From positions 31,930,001 to 31,994,000 of the forward strand of contig OZ336882.1 of assembly GCA_965287045.1 (NCBI GenBank): a stretch of DNA of 64,000 nt, read 5' to 3'. The notes under the pieces were generated by a model, which saw nothing but the letters and a program-made list of their open reading frames with translations, was not told where the DNA came from and made no database searches. Position 1 is the stretch's first letter, and each line of letters starts with the position of its first letter. The translations under genes were made by a program, and so were the position numbers. Positions 62,527-64,000 of this stretch are shown piece by piece. The DNA is from Carcharhinus amblyrhynchos. Lineage: Eukaryota.

Positions 62527-63582
62527 TGAGTTACCGGAGGCCAGTATTCAGCGAAGTACCACAAGATTCAGTGCTGGGACCTTTATTGTTTATTATATAC
62601 ATAAATGATATAGATGATAATGAGGAGGGAACGATAAGCAAGTTTGAAAATGACACTGAGATTGGTAGGGTGCTTAATAGTGAAGAAGGTGGTTGTAGGT
62701 TACAGGAAGATATAGATGGGCAGAGCTGTGGCTGATGGTATTTAACCCTAAGTGCAAGGTGATGCACTTTGGAAGAAGTAACAAGACAAGGGATTATTTA
62801 ATGAATGGCAGGACACTAGAAATTCAGAGGAACAGATGGATCATGGGGTGCTTATTCACAGATTCTTGAAGGCAGCACAGCAGGTCAATGGGATGGTTAA
62901 GAAGGAATATGGGACACTTGCTTTTATCAGTCATGGCATAGAATACAAGAGCAAGAATATAATGTTGAAGCTGTACAAGAATATTGGTTAGGCCACAGCT
63001 GGAGTAGTGTGTGCAGTTTTGGTCACCTCATTACAGGAATAATGAGATTGCACTAGACGGGGTAGATGGGATACACCAGGATGTTGCCTGGGGTGGAGCA
63101 TTCAAGCTATAAGGAGAGACTGGATAGGCCAGGATTGTTTTCTTTAGAGCAGAGAATGATTCAGGTATATAAGAATGTGATGGATATGGACTGGGTGAAT
63201 AGGAAGCAGCTATTTCTCTTGGTCAAGGAGTCAATCACAAGGGGGCATAGTTTTGGGTTAGGAATAGGAGTTTTAGAAGAGATTTGAGAAAACCTTTTTC
63301 AATCAGAGGGTGGTGGAAATCTGGAATGCACTGCCTGGGAAGGTAGAGAAGGCCCAAAACGTAACAACATTTAAAAAGTATTTGGAATATCATTTGAAAC
63401 ATCAAAACATTCAAGGATATGGAACGAGTATTGGAAAATGGCATTAGCGCAACTTTGGCTGTAGTTATTGTCAGAGCAGACTTCCTGGGCCAAAGGGCCT
63501 TTTCTGCACTGTACTCCTCCACCTTCTGTAAATTATGCAGCACTGAACCACAATATCCCTTTGTAAATTCCAGCAGACCCAC

Positions 63583-63804
63583 CTCTCCCCAAGCACAAGC
63601 TGGAGGTTCCACTGGTGGATAGTATTTAGGCAAATCCCATGCCACTTCAGTCATAAACCACTTAAAGTTTTTGCAATTAAGGGAATTCCTCAGTTCTTTC
63701 TGTGCAGTCAAATCTCCAGCAGAGATATGCCTGTATTCTGGTCTTCGTTGATAAAGATACTCAGCATATCCATCCATCCACACCTCAGCAACTCGTTTCA
63801 AATT
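63583..63804 (-). CDS. GALNT10: Polypeptide N-acetylgalactosaminyltransferase 10, internal exon (end of catalytic domain/linker)
   Basis: 222-nt phase 0-0 exon bounded by ttacag| and |gtgggt; translates [74 protein letters not shown]. Residues AEVW, SAGD, SLNCK and WFMT favour GALNT10 over its paralog GALNTL6. Confidence 0.92.
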
Positions 63805-64000
63805 CTGTAACACAAACAACATTTCTCTTAATGAATATAATCTGTTGCTTCTTTTGCAAAATGAAAAAAAAATTACAAACATATCTTGTGAAAATGCTTC
63901 AAGGGCTGAGAAATTTGGTTCCTGAAGTTCAAATGGGTGAGGAGATACAATGTTTTTGCTGATGTAGATTGGTAATCATGTGGAATCTGGAGTTTCTGTT

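Larger units (their letters stand above)
59100..63515 (+). mobile_element. Decayed near-full-length CR1 (5' region, ORF1 with esterase remnant, ORF2) with nested insertions
   Basis: ORF1-like CRKCSQLQKLELRVSELEQQLETLW near 59810 and SGNH-like VCCLTGARVRDV..VGTN at 60170-60280. EN/RT remnants at 60300-63420. Hosts a CR1 3' end (59487-59722) and two Penelope inserts. Confidence 0.85.

Noticed and set aside
63235-63882. 215-aa ORF as a complete gene
   Set aside because: Only 63583-63804 is exon; the rest is intron and antisense CR1 read-through.

Overview
Eukaryotic, repeat-rich vertebrate DNA, very probably from a cartilaginous fish (shark), judged from HE1-type V-SINEs, SacSINE1-type DeuSINEs and shark-like CR1 and Penelope repeats. 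Two host genes lie in tandem on the minus strand. The first is GALNT10, represented by its last four coding exons (63583-63804, 57724-57840, 56403-56552, 43761-43925). About 15 kb downstream are the CpG-island promoter and first coding exon (28660-28813) of ARHGAP26/GRAF1, whose intron 1 runs off the start of the window. Three of these five exons are missing from the ORF track and were read by hand. Most of the rest is transposon-derived: a young CR1 family (one copy with an intact 936-aa ORF2, plus four short copies), older CR1, L2 and Rex1/Babar LINEs, several SINE families, GC-rich MITE-like elements and Penelope-like elements. The most interesting signals are: (i) palindromic Penelope insertions carrying minimal hammerhead-ribozyme motifs; (ii) a U2-snRNA-headed SINE-like element; (iii) a CR1 whose 3' UTR contains a V-SINE core; (iv) a ~720-bp fold-back next to the ARHGAP26 promoter; (v) a local duplication that preserves the empty site of the intact CR1. 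No prokaryotic systems or CRISPR arrays were seen. Repeat family names come from recalled consensus features, not from database searches.
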